A DNA stretch of 64,000 bases from the NCBI RefSeq assembly GCF_004010195.1, contig NC_057718.1, positions 51,654,373 to 51,718,372 on the forward strand. The letters run 5' to 3'. Below are positions 24,926 through 38,965 of the stretch, piece after piece (positions within the stretch are counted from its first letter, which is position 1; every line of letters begins with the position of its first letter). Origin of the DNA: Chiloscyllium plagiosum (Eukaryota). A model generated the notes under the pieces. It made no database searches and was not told the DNA's origin. It saw only the letters and a program-made list of their open reading frames with translations. Position numbers and translations under genes: made by a program.

Positions 24926-25299
24926 AGAAATAGTTTGGAAGTACTGAAAACTGACTAGAGCAAGGGGCTGATACATCCACATCATGATATGGTAAATTAA
25001 AGCTTTATTTCTGACAATAGCTGGAGCTGAGCAGAATTTGCCAAAGGACCGACATATGTCGGTACAGAAATAGGTAATTTTAAGATTCGCATATCTTGTA
25101 AACAAATTATTGGGAAGGTAAGAAGTAAACCTGAATGCCTAGAATATGCAGTTATAAACAATAGTATTGTTAATTGCACTTCACTTAATTTAGTTATTTT
25201 ATGTCCAATAATATTTGTTTACTTTCAAAACCGAAACCTTATTTGGCTCATAGTAGCTTCAATTGGCCCATAGTCAAGCTGGTAAAAATAGTGAGCCAT

Positions 25300-25670
25300 C
25301 TGTCCATATTTGCCAGGCTCACTGATTGACATTGGATCCCATTGGAGAAGTTGCTTGACTTCATCCTTTCTTTCAAGCCTCCCTCCCCTCATTCTGCAAT
25401 CTTGATCATCTTGACAACCCTCTGCATACTTCTCATTCTGTCCTCTTGAGCAGCTTCTATTTGAACCATTTCACCCTTGGCAGCCTTAATTGCTGAGTCT
25501 CAAAGCCCTGGACTTCCTTTCCTAAACATCTGTTTTTCTGTCTGACGTTTCTTCCTTTAAAACCAGCTTCTTTTGCAAAGCTTTCAGTCATCTGTCCTAA
25601 AGTGATTGATTCTCCAAAACTGATGTGAAGCTCTTGGAACATTTGATGTTGTTAATGCCATTACATAAAT
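25300..25670 (+). mobile_element. Degenerate L2-like LINE 3' end
   Basis: cctggacttccttcctaaacatct...ccttaaaacc-like body and the tail tgtgaagctcttggaacatt...gccattacataaat; homologous to 58700-59280. Confidence 0.5.
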
Positions 25671-25789
25671 TTTAAAAAAGTTGTACAAAATTACAAGACA
25701 ATAATGCTCGGATATTGACTCAACTGGATTAGATTGGAAAGCATTATTTATAGACAGTCATTTATAACACAGCAGAATTCCACCCAGCC

Positions 25790-26660
25790 TTCATGGAGAA
25801 ATGCAGCTATCCCATAACCCTACTTTATCCCTGTAGCCCACTAAGTTTATTTCCTTCAAGTGTTCATTTAATGCCGTTTCAAAATCATTGATTGATTCTA
25901 ATTTCACTACCAGGTCACTACTACTCACTGCACAAAACTGTTCTTCTTCATATTCTGACCGTAACTCTTGTCCAAAATACTGTTTCAATATTTTCTAGTT
26001 CTTGTAAGATCAGCTAATGGGAAGAGGTTTGTATAACTTATCAAACCTGTCATAATATTCTACCCTGATCAGACCGGCCTTCAATCTTTTTTGAAGCAAA
26101 ACCAAGCAAAACAACTCTAGCTACATCACTCTAGTTAACATTCAAGCTAAAATCTCTCATCCCCGGGACCATTCTGATAAATCTCTTCTACATCCCTTCA
26201 AGGACCCGTCCATCTTTCTAAAGTATGCTGATCATACCTGGATGCAATATTCTAATTGTGGCCAAAGCCTATAAAGTTTCAGCATAACTTCCTTGTTTTT
26301 TTCCATTCATTTCCTATGTTTGAGCAGTAAGATGCCATATGTTTTGCTGGTTACTCTCCAAATATGTCTCATCACATTCAAACATCAAACACATTTATTC
26401 CATGTCATTCTACTCCTGCACACTTTTTAAAATTATGATTCTAAGTGTTCATTTCTTTTCCTTATGCCTTCTGGCAAAATGCATCACTTCACACTTATCT
26501 GCATTAAACTCTATTTGCCACTTGTTTTCCAACTCTGCTCATTTATGTTCTTTCCAGTCAATTAGCATAATCCTCAATGACTACATGTCCAAGTTTGATA
26601 TCAGCATTAAATTTTGCAAATTTTTTTTCTATAATCCAATATCTGGAATTATTGTCCACA
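25790..26660 (-). mobile_element. Degenerate CR1 LINE RT/3' region
   Basis: Reverse-complement CR1 signatures: cacttcacacttatctgcattaaactctatttgcca, tatcagcattaaatttt and ctggatgcaatattctaattgtggcc. Confidence 0.7.
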
Positions 26661-28329
26661 AATAAATCAACAAATAAAATAAATTCTGAAAACAAAGTAT
26701 TAAGTTCATGAACACCTTTATTGTCCAGTTAAATTACTATTAATAATTGTTATAAACTTATTAAAACCTGGATCATCTGTGTATGACTGACATCCTTATA
26801 CACTCTTAGACCTGCATTTCAATATCTGCCATGATCAGTTGTTAAATTAACACACTTATTCTTGAGCTTGACTGAGACAAATTTACTTTTATATCAATAC
26901 TGTAGAAAATAATTCAAAGGTACTTTTAATGTTTCCTCTTTTTTGCCAGACGATTGCATCTGGTACCAACTGCACAAGAGATTCATCAAAGCTTGTAGCC
27001 TATAACGTAATTGGTGTGTTGAAAAATGCTCACAATTTCCAGAGAAATTGGTTTGTGAAGGAGAATCATAAGAAATTGAGTTTTTTTTTCTCATGAGTCA
27101 TTCAGCTTATTTGCAGTTGCATAGCATGGTTTCAAAAGACTGACATTTTAAAATAGGTCTCCTCTCCCCCCCATCTCTCCCAAATAATCTCCATTATATT
27201 GTATCTGCCATTCATGTTTGAAATCCTTACAATCTCAGGACACTTCCAACTGAGTTTCAGATGATCTCACACAATAATGCAAGATAAACTACTGGACAAA
27301 GGCATTATCAGCCCACCAAATTAATGTTAATATTAAGCAATTTTTGAAACAATTATTAATATGTACAATCACTTTCCCAGCAATACACTTCATATTGAAA
27401 CAAGTCATTACTTTTACATTGCCAAAATACACTTTATACAGTATTCAAACTGAGGTAGCTCCTGTATAAGCAGCAAATATTGTACCAAACAAGAAGACAT
27501 CAAATGAATAAACTACATATCCTTGTATATAAGGCAAAGTAATGAATACCAGGGGTGGATCAAAACCAATAATTCTACCTTCAGGCCACTCAATATTATT
27601 TACTCTTGTAACAACTTATGATAAGATTTCAACCTCATGATGGAATTAGTGTCACATATTTCACTCTCTGGTATTTGTCTGTTTTGTAATTATGTATTTT
27701 GCTTGCCAGGCATTTTTCAACAACTGTCTAATACATTTGATATATAAATTTAATAAATCCTGCTACACTAGTGGGATTTCACAGATATTCATAATGACTT
27801 CAGGGCTTATACTGAAAAGAAATTAACCATACCTGACAAGATTTTCTAATGTGCTACCACATAGTTTTATATAGATTGGCAATAGGTGGAGATAGAAACT
27901 CACCTGAAAAGTTGTCCCTCTGGCTTACTGCCAATTGCCATTACTTCAAATACTTACGTTCAAATATAGACATCATTTTCACATTACACACTATCAGCAA
28001 TTCACATTAGATTTTTGGTATCACTACCACATTAATGTTGGTGCAAAAGGTATCATTTAAATTTTATAAGTTGCTTCCTGATTCTCCATGTTCAGGAGGC
28101 TAACACATTTGATAACAGTCCAATCCTCTGCTGCAGATAACAGAGGACGGCAGACAAACTCTTCACTCATAATGGATCCTTGTTTTTTTTAAAAAAATAA
28201 TTCCATGTACAGTCTGTCACAATTAGGTTCACACATTACGTTACAACCTCAGTGGCTGACAGAGGGAGTTGGCAGAGTCAAGATTAGAGTGGTGCTCTTG
28301 CATTTTTGGCAGGGACAAGGAGGTTTTGG

Positions 28330-28490
28330 TGGTCAGGGTGTTGCACACGCTGGACATTCTCTTCCTGTAGGACCAGCAATAGAAGCGATGACAGCAAGAC
28401 ATATCAGCCTTGAGTCATGTAGAGGAATATCCAGTGTTGTAGGAAGAAGATCAATGATCCTCTCTACTTTGCTGTGCAAGTGTCACCACT
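28330..28490 (+). mobile_element. PIF/Harbinger Myb/SANT-like fragment
   Basis: cagtgttgtaggaagaagatcaatgatcctctc reads QC(C)RKKINDPL, matching the QCRKK.NDL end of the Harbinger Myb domain. Confidence 0.45.
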
Positions 28491-29129
28491 TTCTCTTCAT
28501 AACTCTGACTCACATTGTCCCACGTCCCACCAAGTCTCATGTTTTGCCACACTATTAGCCGTAACATCTTCCCCACCAGCTCACACACTTTAGTCCCTTC
28601 ACCACTAACCCTGCATGCCCTGTATTCTGCCTACTCACTTGTTTGGGGCACTTCTCCACTTGCACCACCAGTAACAGTTGTGCTATCACCTTAATCTTCC
28701 ATAATACATGTCTCTCTCACTCTCTTTCCAGGAAGAAAACAGACCAAAATAGAAAAAAAATCTCAAGATGGTTGGTGGGCTGCCTGACATTCTGTTCCTT
28801 ATCTCTTATGTTAACAGCATCTGGACTCTGACTATCCTGAGTGACTGACCTGACTGTGTCCAAAATCCTGTACTTGTATTGAAGTTTGTCCTCGCTTTAA
28901 CTGTGCTGGCACTCCTGAGTGTAAGCTGTCCACCTTGACTGAAGTCTGTGAACAACCATGGCAAACTTCTTGGCTTTATATCTGTGCTAAAAGATATAGC
29001 ATGAGAGAAGATAAAGCAAAGAACTGTGGATCCTGGAAATCTGAAGTAATATGGGACTGGTATGTCAGGCTGAGGGGTCAGAGTGCAAAAACACTGGGCA
29101 AGATTATGCATGTTAGGGATGATGTGAGC

Positions 29130-29610
29130 ATCCGGGTTCAGAAAAGATTTACCAGAATAGTGCCAGGAAAGAAGGGTTTGAGTTTTAAGGAGAGGATGGT
29201 CTTTTTTCAATGGAGAGTAGGAGATTGAGAGGTGACCTTAAAGAGGTTTATAAAATAATAAATGGGAGAAATAAGGTGAATGGCAGGTGTCTTTTCCCTA
29301 GGGTGGGGGATTTTAAGGCTGTGCGGCATATTTTTAAGGTGAGAGCGGAGAGATTAAAAAAAGACACGAGAGGCAATTTTTGTTTTACACAGAGAATGGT
29401 TTAGGTATGGAATGACTTTCCAGGGGAAGTGGTGGATGCGGGTACAATTACAACATTTATAAGACATTTACATAAGTACATGAATAAGAAATATTTGGAG
29501 GGATATGGGCCGAGTGCAAGCAGACGGGAATAGTTTAGTTTGGGACTATGGTCAGCGTGGACTGGTCGGACCGAAGGCTCTGTTTCCGTGCTGTATTACT
29601 ATGACTCAAT
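29130..29610 (+). mobile_element. CR1/HER1-like LINE 3' end
   Basis: RVQKRFTRIVPG, RRLRGDLKEVYKII and FTQRMV; tail ggaccgaaggctctgtttccgtgctgta. Confidence 0.9.
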
Positions 29611-31059
29611 GACCTTATGGCTCAAAGTGAGTAAAAGCTATGAAAGCCAGAAAACAGCCCAAAGGTGCAGCCTGGGACATTCTATCAGCTGGGTGCATGA
29701 TCCAGACTGCTCAGTGCCCTTGCAGCAACATTCCAAAGATAGCTACTGGTGCAGCCTGATTGCAGAAGTACCATAGAGCTGGATTAGAAATATGACATAA
29801 GGGTTCTTAGAGGCTTGCACTTATTAGATACCAATGTCTTCAGATATGGGTTCTGTTCGGCGAATGCCCATGAAGTGTTCCGTAAGATGTTGGTGCAGCA
29901 TTGAAGTACTCTTGAACACACATTGAGCTGAAGTTGCCACATGCCTGCTCTAAGATCCTTGTCGAGAATTTTCAACTTCTAGCTTGTTTGGCTGTTTGGT
30001 AAGATAGAAACTGAAAGCTAATGAGGCAGATTGGGTCATTAACAAGCAATAATGCCCCTTAACTGGTAACTCGTTGCTGCCGACTGTGAAACTTGCCTTG
30101 CTGCTTGACTGATGCAGAAAGATTTTAGTGAATAATTCCCAACATCGAGTTGGGCCTCACCTTGCCCTATCCTGCCACAAATCCCACCCTAACCCATTTC
30201 GGTCAGGCCCCTATTAGATTCCACTCAATGGGATTCTATTCTAGAGCCTATCCTTCTTGAATAATGCATGAATGTGTGGTGGTACACGTGACAATAATAA
30301 ATCAAATCAAATCAAATCACTTAACATCTGGTCAGTTAATCAACATCTGCTGGTTACATCACTCTATTTACCATTATTGCAAATTCAGATTTGTTCTGAA
30401 GTCCAATGTTATTTAGTTTGCACAGAAAATAATATTAGAAAAGTTGAGTTCTCCTGTTTGGGGCCGGAATTTAGATTCTTGCTTAGCACCTGACACAGGA
30501 ACAAATGGGGTCCCCACAAGAATGTAAGAGAAATAAAAGTAGGCCAGAGGATTCAGCAAGCCTGTTCTGTCAGTCAGTACAGTCATAATTGGTCTCTTTC
30601 CTGTGTATTCCTCAGACCCTTGGATTCCCAAACAGACCAAAAATCTAATTATTTCAGTCTTTTAAAAATTCAATTGTGTGAGAAACAATCAATCAACAGC
30701 TTCCAGAATAGAATGATTAGTGACTGTCGAGTCAGCTCGCTGTTCAATAAGAGGCAGTGAGTAGGCTGTTGAATTTGGAGGGTCACTACGAGGTTTTCTT
30801 GCACAGGAGGAGCAGGAGCTTGTCACTGCATGGAAGGAAGAGAGAGGAGAACTTCATCCCAGACATGTTCCAACTTCTGAGTTAACATATAGTCACACGT
30901 CCAGGCTACCACTGTGGAGAGGAAATCCTTGCATTGAACATCTTGTGGGTGGGTGCAGAGAGTGTGAAAGGCTTTCAGCAATGCAGATCCTCATCTTTTC
31001 CACAGTCTGCTGCAGGGAGGCTGTCTCCAGGTAACTGGTCTGTACCTGATGCTGTAAGG

Positions 31060-31270
31060 GTCGAACGCTTCATGCTGGAAAAGCACAGCAAGTCAGGCAG
31101 CATCCAAGGAGCAGGCAAATTGACTTTTCAGGGGTAAGCCCTTCATGATGAAGGGCTTATGCTCAAAACGTTGATTCTCCTGCTTCTCAGATGCTGTCTG
31201 ACCTGCTGTGCATTTCCAGCACCGCACTCTCAATTCTAATCTCCAGGATCTGCAGTTTTCACTTTCTACT
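31060..31270. mobile_element. PLE-derived inverted-repeat element
   Basis: gctggaaaagcacagcaagtcaggcagcatcc...gcccttca|tgatgaagggc...gatgctgtctgacctgctgtgcatttccagc. Confidence 0.8.
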
Positions 31271-33779
31271 GCTTTCGAGCCCAGCAGGCTAACTGGAAAA
31301 TTGTAGTCTGATTCTGACGACTGATCTTAATTGGCCTTCAATGTTCAAAGAACAGTCATTGTGCATGAAAAAAATACATTAAATGTTGTTTCTCTCTCCA
31401 CAGATGCTGCCAGACCTGCTGAGTTTCTCTAACATTTTCCGTTTTTTTTAATTACAGGTTATGTTTATTCACTTCCTGATGAGTGGCACTTCTACTTGAT
31501 TCAACTTCTGGGAAAAGGGCATGGAGTTGGATGTCATTAAAAAGTGCCAGGGTGGTTGGCAAAGTAAGATTATATGCCTGCTCCACCCACCTCATATTTC
31601 TCCATACATCAGAGCAAAGATTCAGCCTCTAATGCAAAATCCTGTATTCATTTAACTTTGGTTGTCTCAAACTTTGAAAGGTGAAATAACTGATCAATTG
31701 ATTTTAAAAGGTGGCAGCTGAAAACATTAAAAGAATCTAACATACTTTTAAAATATTATAAGTACATCATTGTATTGACAATCAGATCAGTGCAATGAGT
31801 TTGAGAACTCAGAACATAGAGTATGAGAATTGTGAGGTACCCTGGTAAATTTGAATGAAAAAAAAACATATTAAAATGTCACATACAGAACACATCATCG
31901 ATTGACTAAGATGTAGATGAGGTGGAAAATAATGCCTCAATTATTTTCTTTGGAGCAGAAGTGACTAAGTGGAAAATTAATGGACGTATTTAAAATGTTG
32001 CAGTGTAAGTGAGAGAGATATCATTCAGTCTTTTAAGTCAGAGAAACACTTGAAGATAAACACGATAAAGTGCTCTGAGAGAAAGCAGGAAGGTGAATAA
32101 GCCCAACAAAGTAATTGGGTGTAGCCAAGAATTCTTTACTGCTCAGGGTGAAAAGACTGTTCTTGATTTGTAAGACGCTGTGAGCAGAAAACTATCTTAC
32201 TAAGATCATGCACACAAAATTGACCCAAACTCCTACTGACACTATTGGGCACACCTCATCATCCACACACTGTTGAAATAATATCTCACACTCTAAAGTG
32301 AGGTTTTCTAAATGATACTGACATAAGTGAGCTTTTACATTTATGTCAAACCAATTTCTTGCTGTGGCACAGATCTTCAATGACCGAGCTGACGAACAAC
32401 CTGAATTAAGATAATTTGGTACAGTTACATACCTTATTTCTAACTGTCCAGATTGCATTTGGTCTCAAGTAATCTCACCAAATAAACAAATCTGTCTCGG
32501 TTTAACAAATGAAGTTGAATCCATTGCTAATCTCTGAAACAGCAACCAATATACTAATAGAAAGAAAGTACAAGAGTCTGCAACTGCAGCTCCTTCTGAT
32601 CCACATCTCTCTCAACAGCAACTAGAAGTCGGCCATCTGGATGTCAATACCAGGAAACCACAATTGTTGTCCTTTGCTGAAATCACATCAGGTTCTTACA
32701 GTCATTGGATACAGAGAAAATGTTAGACAGAATAGAGTGTATTCTCCTATTGCCAAGCTTGAAGGAATTAACTTCACTCAGGCATTCTAGAGAATGTAAA
32801 CAGTTAAAATCTACCATCCATGTTATTATTTGGATGAGTAAAGTTGCCATTATCTCGCTCAGCAGAGACAGACAGCCAGTGATGGTTTAACCGGAGTGTC
32901 ACCATGCCTCAGATGAGGAGAGCAGCTCAGAAGGAGAGCAAAGAATTGAATCAATCCTGTTGGCTTCACTACTTTGCAAACCAGCTGTCCAACAATTGTG
33001 CTTACTGATACCCCTCCTGGAAGAGCAAATTACAACTAACACATATTTTCTCTTTTACAAAAAGCTCTTCTTGATACGTGAGCATTCCTGTAAGGCCAGC
33101 TTTTATTGTTCATCCCTCATTCCCCCAAGAATGGGATGGAAATGATCCCACATTCCCATTAGGTATAGGCTGTTGTGTAAATTAGTGGCTGTATTGAAGC
33201 TGCATTAAGTACCACCCAACTTGATGATGACACAATACCCTTTGATAGAGAAGGAGCAGACTAACATAAGGTGCTGATGGAGTCAGACTTATCATCTCTG
33301 GCTCCTGATAGGGTTTGTAATTGTGCCTGACTAGTTCATGTAACTTGTATCTATTGCTATCTTAAAGTAAACTACATTTTGTGGAAGATAAGTGAGTCTT
33401 CTGGTTAAGATTCAATTGTGATTTGTCCTCTACTCTGTCCTAATTAGAATGGTCCTTCAAATCAAGATAGAGAGAAGGATTTGAGGGGCTCTTGATACAG
33501 TGGAAGTGTCCCTACTTCGAGGTTAGGAAAACCAGGTTAAAGTCCAACCTGTTCCACATGAGTGCCATACCATTGCTGAACAATTTGATGAGAAATATCT
33601 TGAAAGAATGATTTGTGGCAGCAACCTACCCACAACTACAAGTTATCAGTAGAAGTACCACAACATAAAACATGGTGAACAGTGCTGAGATAATTGCATA
33701 AATATCTCAAGGTAACAATAGTGAAAAAAGTCTATTAAACACGAGAGGAAAGTTTTCGAAGACAAGTGAGATAACTAGT

Positions 33780-34650
33780 GAAGAAGTTATCTAAGATTAC
33801 AAAAGGATCTTGATCAACTGGACCAATGTGCTGAGGGGTGGCAGATGGAGCTTAATTTAGATAAATGTGAGGTTTTGCATCATGGTAAGATGAACAAGGG
33901 CAGGAATCATACAATTAATGGTAGGATCCGAGGTAGTGTCAGACAGACAGACTTACAGGTTCAGGTTAATAGTTCTTTGAAAGATGCGTCACAGATAGAC
34001 AGGGTGATTACGAAGGTAATTAGCACGCTTGCCTTCATTACTCAGATCTTTGAGTATAGGAGTTGAGGTGTTGTATTAAAGTTGTACAGGATATTGGTGA
34101 GGCCACTCTTGGAATATTGTGTACAGTTCTGGACACCCTGCTATAGGAAGGATGTTGCTAAGTCGGACAGGGTTCAGGAAAGATTTATTAGGATGTTGCC
34201 AGCACTGGAGGTTTGAGCTGTAAGGAGAGGCTGGATAACATGGGATTTTTTTCCCCTGGAGTGTAGGCGATTGAGGGGTGACCTTATAGAGGTTTATAAA
34301 ATCACGAGGGGCACAGACAAGATCAATAGCAAAGGTCTTTTCCCTAGAGTGGGGTGTTCAAGACTAGAGAGCATACTTTTGAGATGAGAGGAACGAGATT
34401 TAAAAGGATATATTTAAAAAGAGAAATTGTTTTCACACAGAGTATGGTTTGTATGTGGAATGAATTGCCAACGGAAGTGGCAGATGCAGGTATAGTTACA
34501 ATATTTAAAAGACATTTTGACAGGTTCATCAATTGGAAAGGTTTAGAGGGATATGGGCCAAACACAGACAAGTGGGGCTACTTCAGAATGGGAACCTTGG
34601 CATGGACAAGTTGGACTGAAGGCTATCTTTCCATGCTGTATGACTGACTC
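33780..34650 (+). mobile_element. CR1/HER1-like LINE RT C-terminus and 3' UTR
   Basis: MELNLDKCEVLHHG, LYRILVRPLLEYCVQFW and FTQSMVCMWNELP. Confidence 0.92.
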
Positions 34651-35369
34651 GAAGACTCAGGCAGTCAGCAGGTGAAAATGTGCAAGTAGACAAGCAATCA
34701 GTACCACTTGTGGAAGCAACAACTGGGCAAATACAGCACTGAAGAAGAAATCTACACCTCAGAGATTTTAAGAGGCACTGGAGAAAGTAAATAGGCGAGG
34801 AAGACAGTAAAAACTAGTCACACTGGAAATAATAAAGTCCTCAGAAAAGAAGGATATGGCAGTGATCAAAGAACTGAAAGTAAGATTAAAAAACACTATG
34901 TGCAAGAGGAAGAGTCCAGGCAAAAGACGATAGTGGGAAGGATAAAATTGATGTGCACTTGTACTTCAAAATGAGTACTGCTGCCATTTTGAACCTGGCT
35001 ACAGTACACACAGCAAGGGCCAGAAGATGAGTGTATGCCAAGATTGCAATTTTAGAAAGTAGGAGTATGTTCAAGGCGATAAAAAGGCAATTGAAACAAT
35101 TTTGATGAGAGCGCCTAATGGGAGAAGAACTTTAAAATTGTGATAAAATCATGGAATTCAGAATTTAAATCAGAACTTTAGTGGAAAGATTTATTCAGAA
35201 AATAGCAACAATGTTGATTTTTTTTAAAATGCAAGAGACATGCAATATCTTTTAGACCATGAATGGTGGAAAAACATTAATTTGTTTGTTAGGAAGTTGG
35301 AAACTTCCACCTTGACTGCAGAATGGGTAAAAATTTCCAATAAGCGCAAGACCATAATTCACCTTTCAA

Positions 35370-35650
35370 AAAGCCCTCAAACACCACCATCTAGAAGGAT
35401 AAAGGCAGCAGATACATGGGAACACCACCACCTGCAAGTTCTTTTCCAAACCACTTGCCATCCTGACTTGGAAATTTATCACCATTCCAAAATCCTGGGA
35501 CTCCCTCCTTAATGGAATTTTAGATGTACCTGTAGCAAATAAACTGAAAGGAATCAAAAAGGCAGCTCACCACCAACTCCTCCAGGGTAACTAGGAATGG
35601 GCAATAAATGCTGGACCAAAGAGTGATGCCCAGATCCCATGAATGAATAA
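35370..35650 (+). mobile_element. CR1/L2-group LINE 3' end
   Basis: gcagcagatacatgggaacaccaccacctgcaagtt...atgggcaataaatgctgg...cccatgaatgaataa. Confidence 0.7.
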
Positions 35651-37349
35651 TAAATAGAAAAAAATCCAAACAGCATTTGGTGGGGAAGTTCAACAGATTC
35701 CAATTTGACAGATTTTGTTTCTGCCAATTGACTTGATATATGTGTAAGTATCATTCAGATCGCATGGCTGAAAGGACAGAGGTTACAATCAACAGAGATA
35801 AGATTATTTCTCATGGGTAGAATAATTCTAAAGAGTAAAGGAACGTTACAAGTGACAGAAATGCATAAGAGATTTGAAAATGTTACATAATTCACAATCA
35901 ACTCTTCTCAATTTTGAGACTGTCAGCTTGTCTCGATTTCAACATCTTGAAGATTGGAGATAGAGTTCATATAGTTCCACTAGTTCAGAAGTTGTCAATC
36001 AACCCAGAACAACATGCAAGATTTCATTGGACTTCTTAAATTTATGACAGAACCTGAAAAGAAGCAAGAATCGATAGGATGATTTATGACAACATGGACG
36101 AATTATTTCATTCTGTCATTACAAAGGAAACTATAGATTTTTCAGGAGTATGGGAAATGGTTTCCATTTCTATCATCAGTGAAGATAGATCAGAAGAAAA
36201 ACATCAGCAAAGTTTGCCTGAAGTAGTAAAAACTGAGAACAAGAATAAACAGTATAACCGACTTGACCTTATTGACAATTCGCTAACCCAATTTATTCAG
36301 ACAACACAACAGTAAACTGAACAAATTGATACAACAGATGTGACACTGACCCCTGGATCAAATTTCCTGGATATTACAGGGAGAAAAATACTCGCTTCAA
36401 CAAAGCATCCATCTTCTATCGTGAACATTAATGACAGTGAAAGGTCCTTCTGATGATGTTAAGGGCAACTCCTTCACTTCTCAGGGAAGTGTTCCTCTGC
36501 AAAAGACTGAAGGGATATCCAAATAATAAAATATCCTGCAGCAAAGAACTAGTTCACAGCAAATCGATGTCAAAAGGTTTTGCAGCCTATACTTTTTGCT
36601 ATGTCTGGTGCACGCAATAGTTTCTTGACAATACAAGGAGGGAATGAAATTGGCTGTAAACTGAAATTTGTGATAGTAGAACAACAGAAAAATGTTAAGA
36701 GGTATCAGTGACTCAATACTCTGGTTGGAAATTATTAAAACACTTCAATAATGTCTTTTTTGTTTTGTTACTCGGTTCTGCAATTGTTCAGAAGGGAGCA
36801 TGTCCAACTTGTGTAAAATTTAATTGTCCAGCATTATTCAAGATAATCTGGATCTGGAAAAGCTGCAAAATAATTGCATGATTTTTTTGGTTTTGTGATC
36901 ACTTAGAACTTCTTGTTTCATGTAGTTTTCCCTGTTTAACAAACATGTATTCCTATGCTGTTGCCTCACCAGTCTGGCACTTATTTTCAGACATACCCAA
37001 ATTGCCCCCAGCATGCCTTCTCTTTAAACACAGTGAGTCATTTAAGTGATTTAGGACTGACCTATGCTGGCCAGGAGTTTGCAGCAGATGGTAGTAGACA
37101 CTTCTGTTGCTGCCCCACCCCCTCTCCACTCCAGTTCCCCCTACAACTCCTGCCCCAAAACTCAGTTTTGAGCCACATGACCTGATTTTAATCTATTAAT
37201 TTTTCATGATGATACAATTGTGAGCTATACTCGAAGACCAAAATGAAATGTCCAGAAAACAGCAGCTCATAGAAATTGACATGATCATTGAATTTGTCAC
37301 AATTTCTAGGAAACCCACTGTGTAACTACCATCACTGAGGTCCAATTGA

Positions 37350-37860
37350 ATAAGAACATAAGATATAGGAGCAGGAGTTGACCCATTGAGCCTGCTCTGC
37401 CTTTCAATAAGATCATGGCTGATCCTTTCATGGACTAAGCGCCACTTACCCACCCGCCCACCATAATCCTCAATTTCTTTACTGCTCAAAAATCTACCTA
37501 ACGTTGCCTTAAAAACATTCAGTGAGATAGCCTCAAGTGCTTCACTGGGTGGGAAATACCACAGATTCACAACTCTTTGGTCGAAGAAATTCCTTCTAAA
37601 CTTAGTTCTAGATCAACTCTCCCTTATTTTAAAGCTCTGCCCCCTTGTTTTAGTTTCACCTGCTAGTGCAAACAACTTCCTTGACTCTACCTTATCTGTT
37701 CCTTTCATGGTTTTATATGTTCCAATGAAGATTCCCCTTCATTCTTCTAAATTCCAATCAGTCTAGTCGCAGTCTACTCAATCTCTACTCATAAGCCAAC
37801 CCTCTCAACTCCTGAATCAATCTAGTGAACCTCCTCCAGTGCCAGGACATTTTTCCTTGA
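37350..37860 (-). mobile_element. CR1 LINE 3' end
   Basis: Minus ORF reads NLWYFPPSEALEAISLNVFKATLGRFL...IEDYG. Confidence 0.85.
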
Positions 37861-37861
37861 T

Positions 37862-38060
37862 TACGGCTCTGGGGACTCAGGTTCAAATCTCATCTTGTTA
37901 GTTGGTGGAAATTATTTTCAATTAATAAATTTGGAATTAAAAGCTAACATCAACATGAAACCACTGCCAATTGCTCTGAAAGCACATATCATTTAGAGAA
38001 GGAAATCTGCCTTCTTTATCAGGTCTGGTCCACATGTGCCAATTGAATGATCCACCTCAA
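37862..38060 (+). mobile_element. tRNA-head SINE fragment (family unassigned)
   Basis: B box ggttcaaatc; body gaaggaaatctgcc...ggtctggtccacatgtg is shared with 38560-38860. Confidence 0.55.
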
Positions 38061-38099
38061 CCTCTCTGTGTGGCTCCCAGTGATACCAATGTTTAATTT

Positions 38100-38560
38100 C
38101 ATCAATCCACTCAAGAAACAAATGAAGATAACAGATAGTACAAAAGTCGTGGGGCCCCAACAACATCCTGTCAATAGTATGGAAGAATTGTGTTTGAGAA
38201 TTAGCCACAAATCTAGCAAAGCTGTTTCAGTACAGTTATAACACTGGCATCTACCTGGCAATGTGTTAAATTGCCCAAATATGCCCAATAGACAAATTAA
38301 AAACAGGGCAAATCTAATCGAGTCAATTACCACCCTAAAAGCAACAATGCCACTGGTCATCCACGGTGCTATCAAGTAGCACTTACTCAGCATCAACCTG
38401 CTCTCTGGTGCTCAGTTTAGCTTTCACTAGATCCACTCTGCTCCTAAGCTTATTAAAGTCGTGTTCCAAACATGATCAGAAGGGTTGAACTTCAGAGCTG
38501 AACTGACACTAATTGCCTTTGACATCACAGCAACATTTGACAAAGTATACCATCAAAAAG
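38100..38560 (+). mobile_element. CR1/L2-group LINE RT fragment
   Basis: ELTLIAFDITATFDKVYHQ (RT motif); homologous to 42900-43330. Confidence 0.7.
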
Positions 38561-38860
38561 CAGGAGAGACAATTGTCCAGTGGTCTTATCATTCAACTAC
38601 TAATCCAACATTCTGGAGGCCCAGATTCAAAACACACTGTGGCTGTCGGTCAAATTTGAATTCTCTAAATGTTTAGAATTAAGAGTATAATGATAACCGC
38701 GGAAATATTGTTAATTGATTGGGAAAGCAACCATCTAGTTCACTTAATGTTCTTCAGGGAAGGAAACTGCCATCCTTATGTGGTCTGTCTTATATGTAAC
38801 TCCAGATGCACAGCAATGTGGCTAACTGCCCTCTGGGCAATCATTGCTGGCCCAGATGAT
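38560..38860 (+). mobile_element. tRNA-head SINE (same family as 37862-38060)
   Basis: catctagttcacttaatgttcttcagggaaggaaactgccatcctt...cacagcaatgtgg. Confidence 0.55.
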
Positions 38861-38965
38861 TGAAGGTTTGAAAAAAGAAGCCCTCAAAAAATAGGGAATA
38901 GTTTATTTACAAAGATAGGTATTATAGAATCATACAGGATGGAAACAGACCCTTCGCTCCAACTC

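Noticed and set aside
32432..32533. Minus-strand exon with a strong AAG|gtatgt donor
   Set aside because: All three frames have stops and no partner exons were found. At most a UTR or non-coding exon.
34660..36450. Decayed gypsy gag-protease or host ORF (36079-36315)
   Set aside because: It is A-rich and coding-like, but no motif was convincing enough to call.
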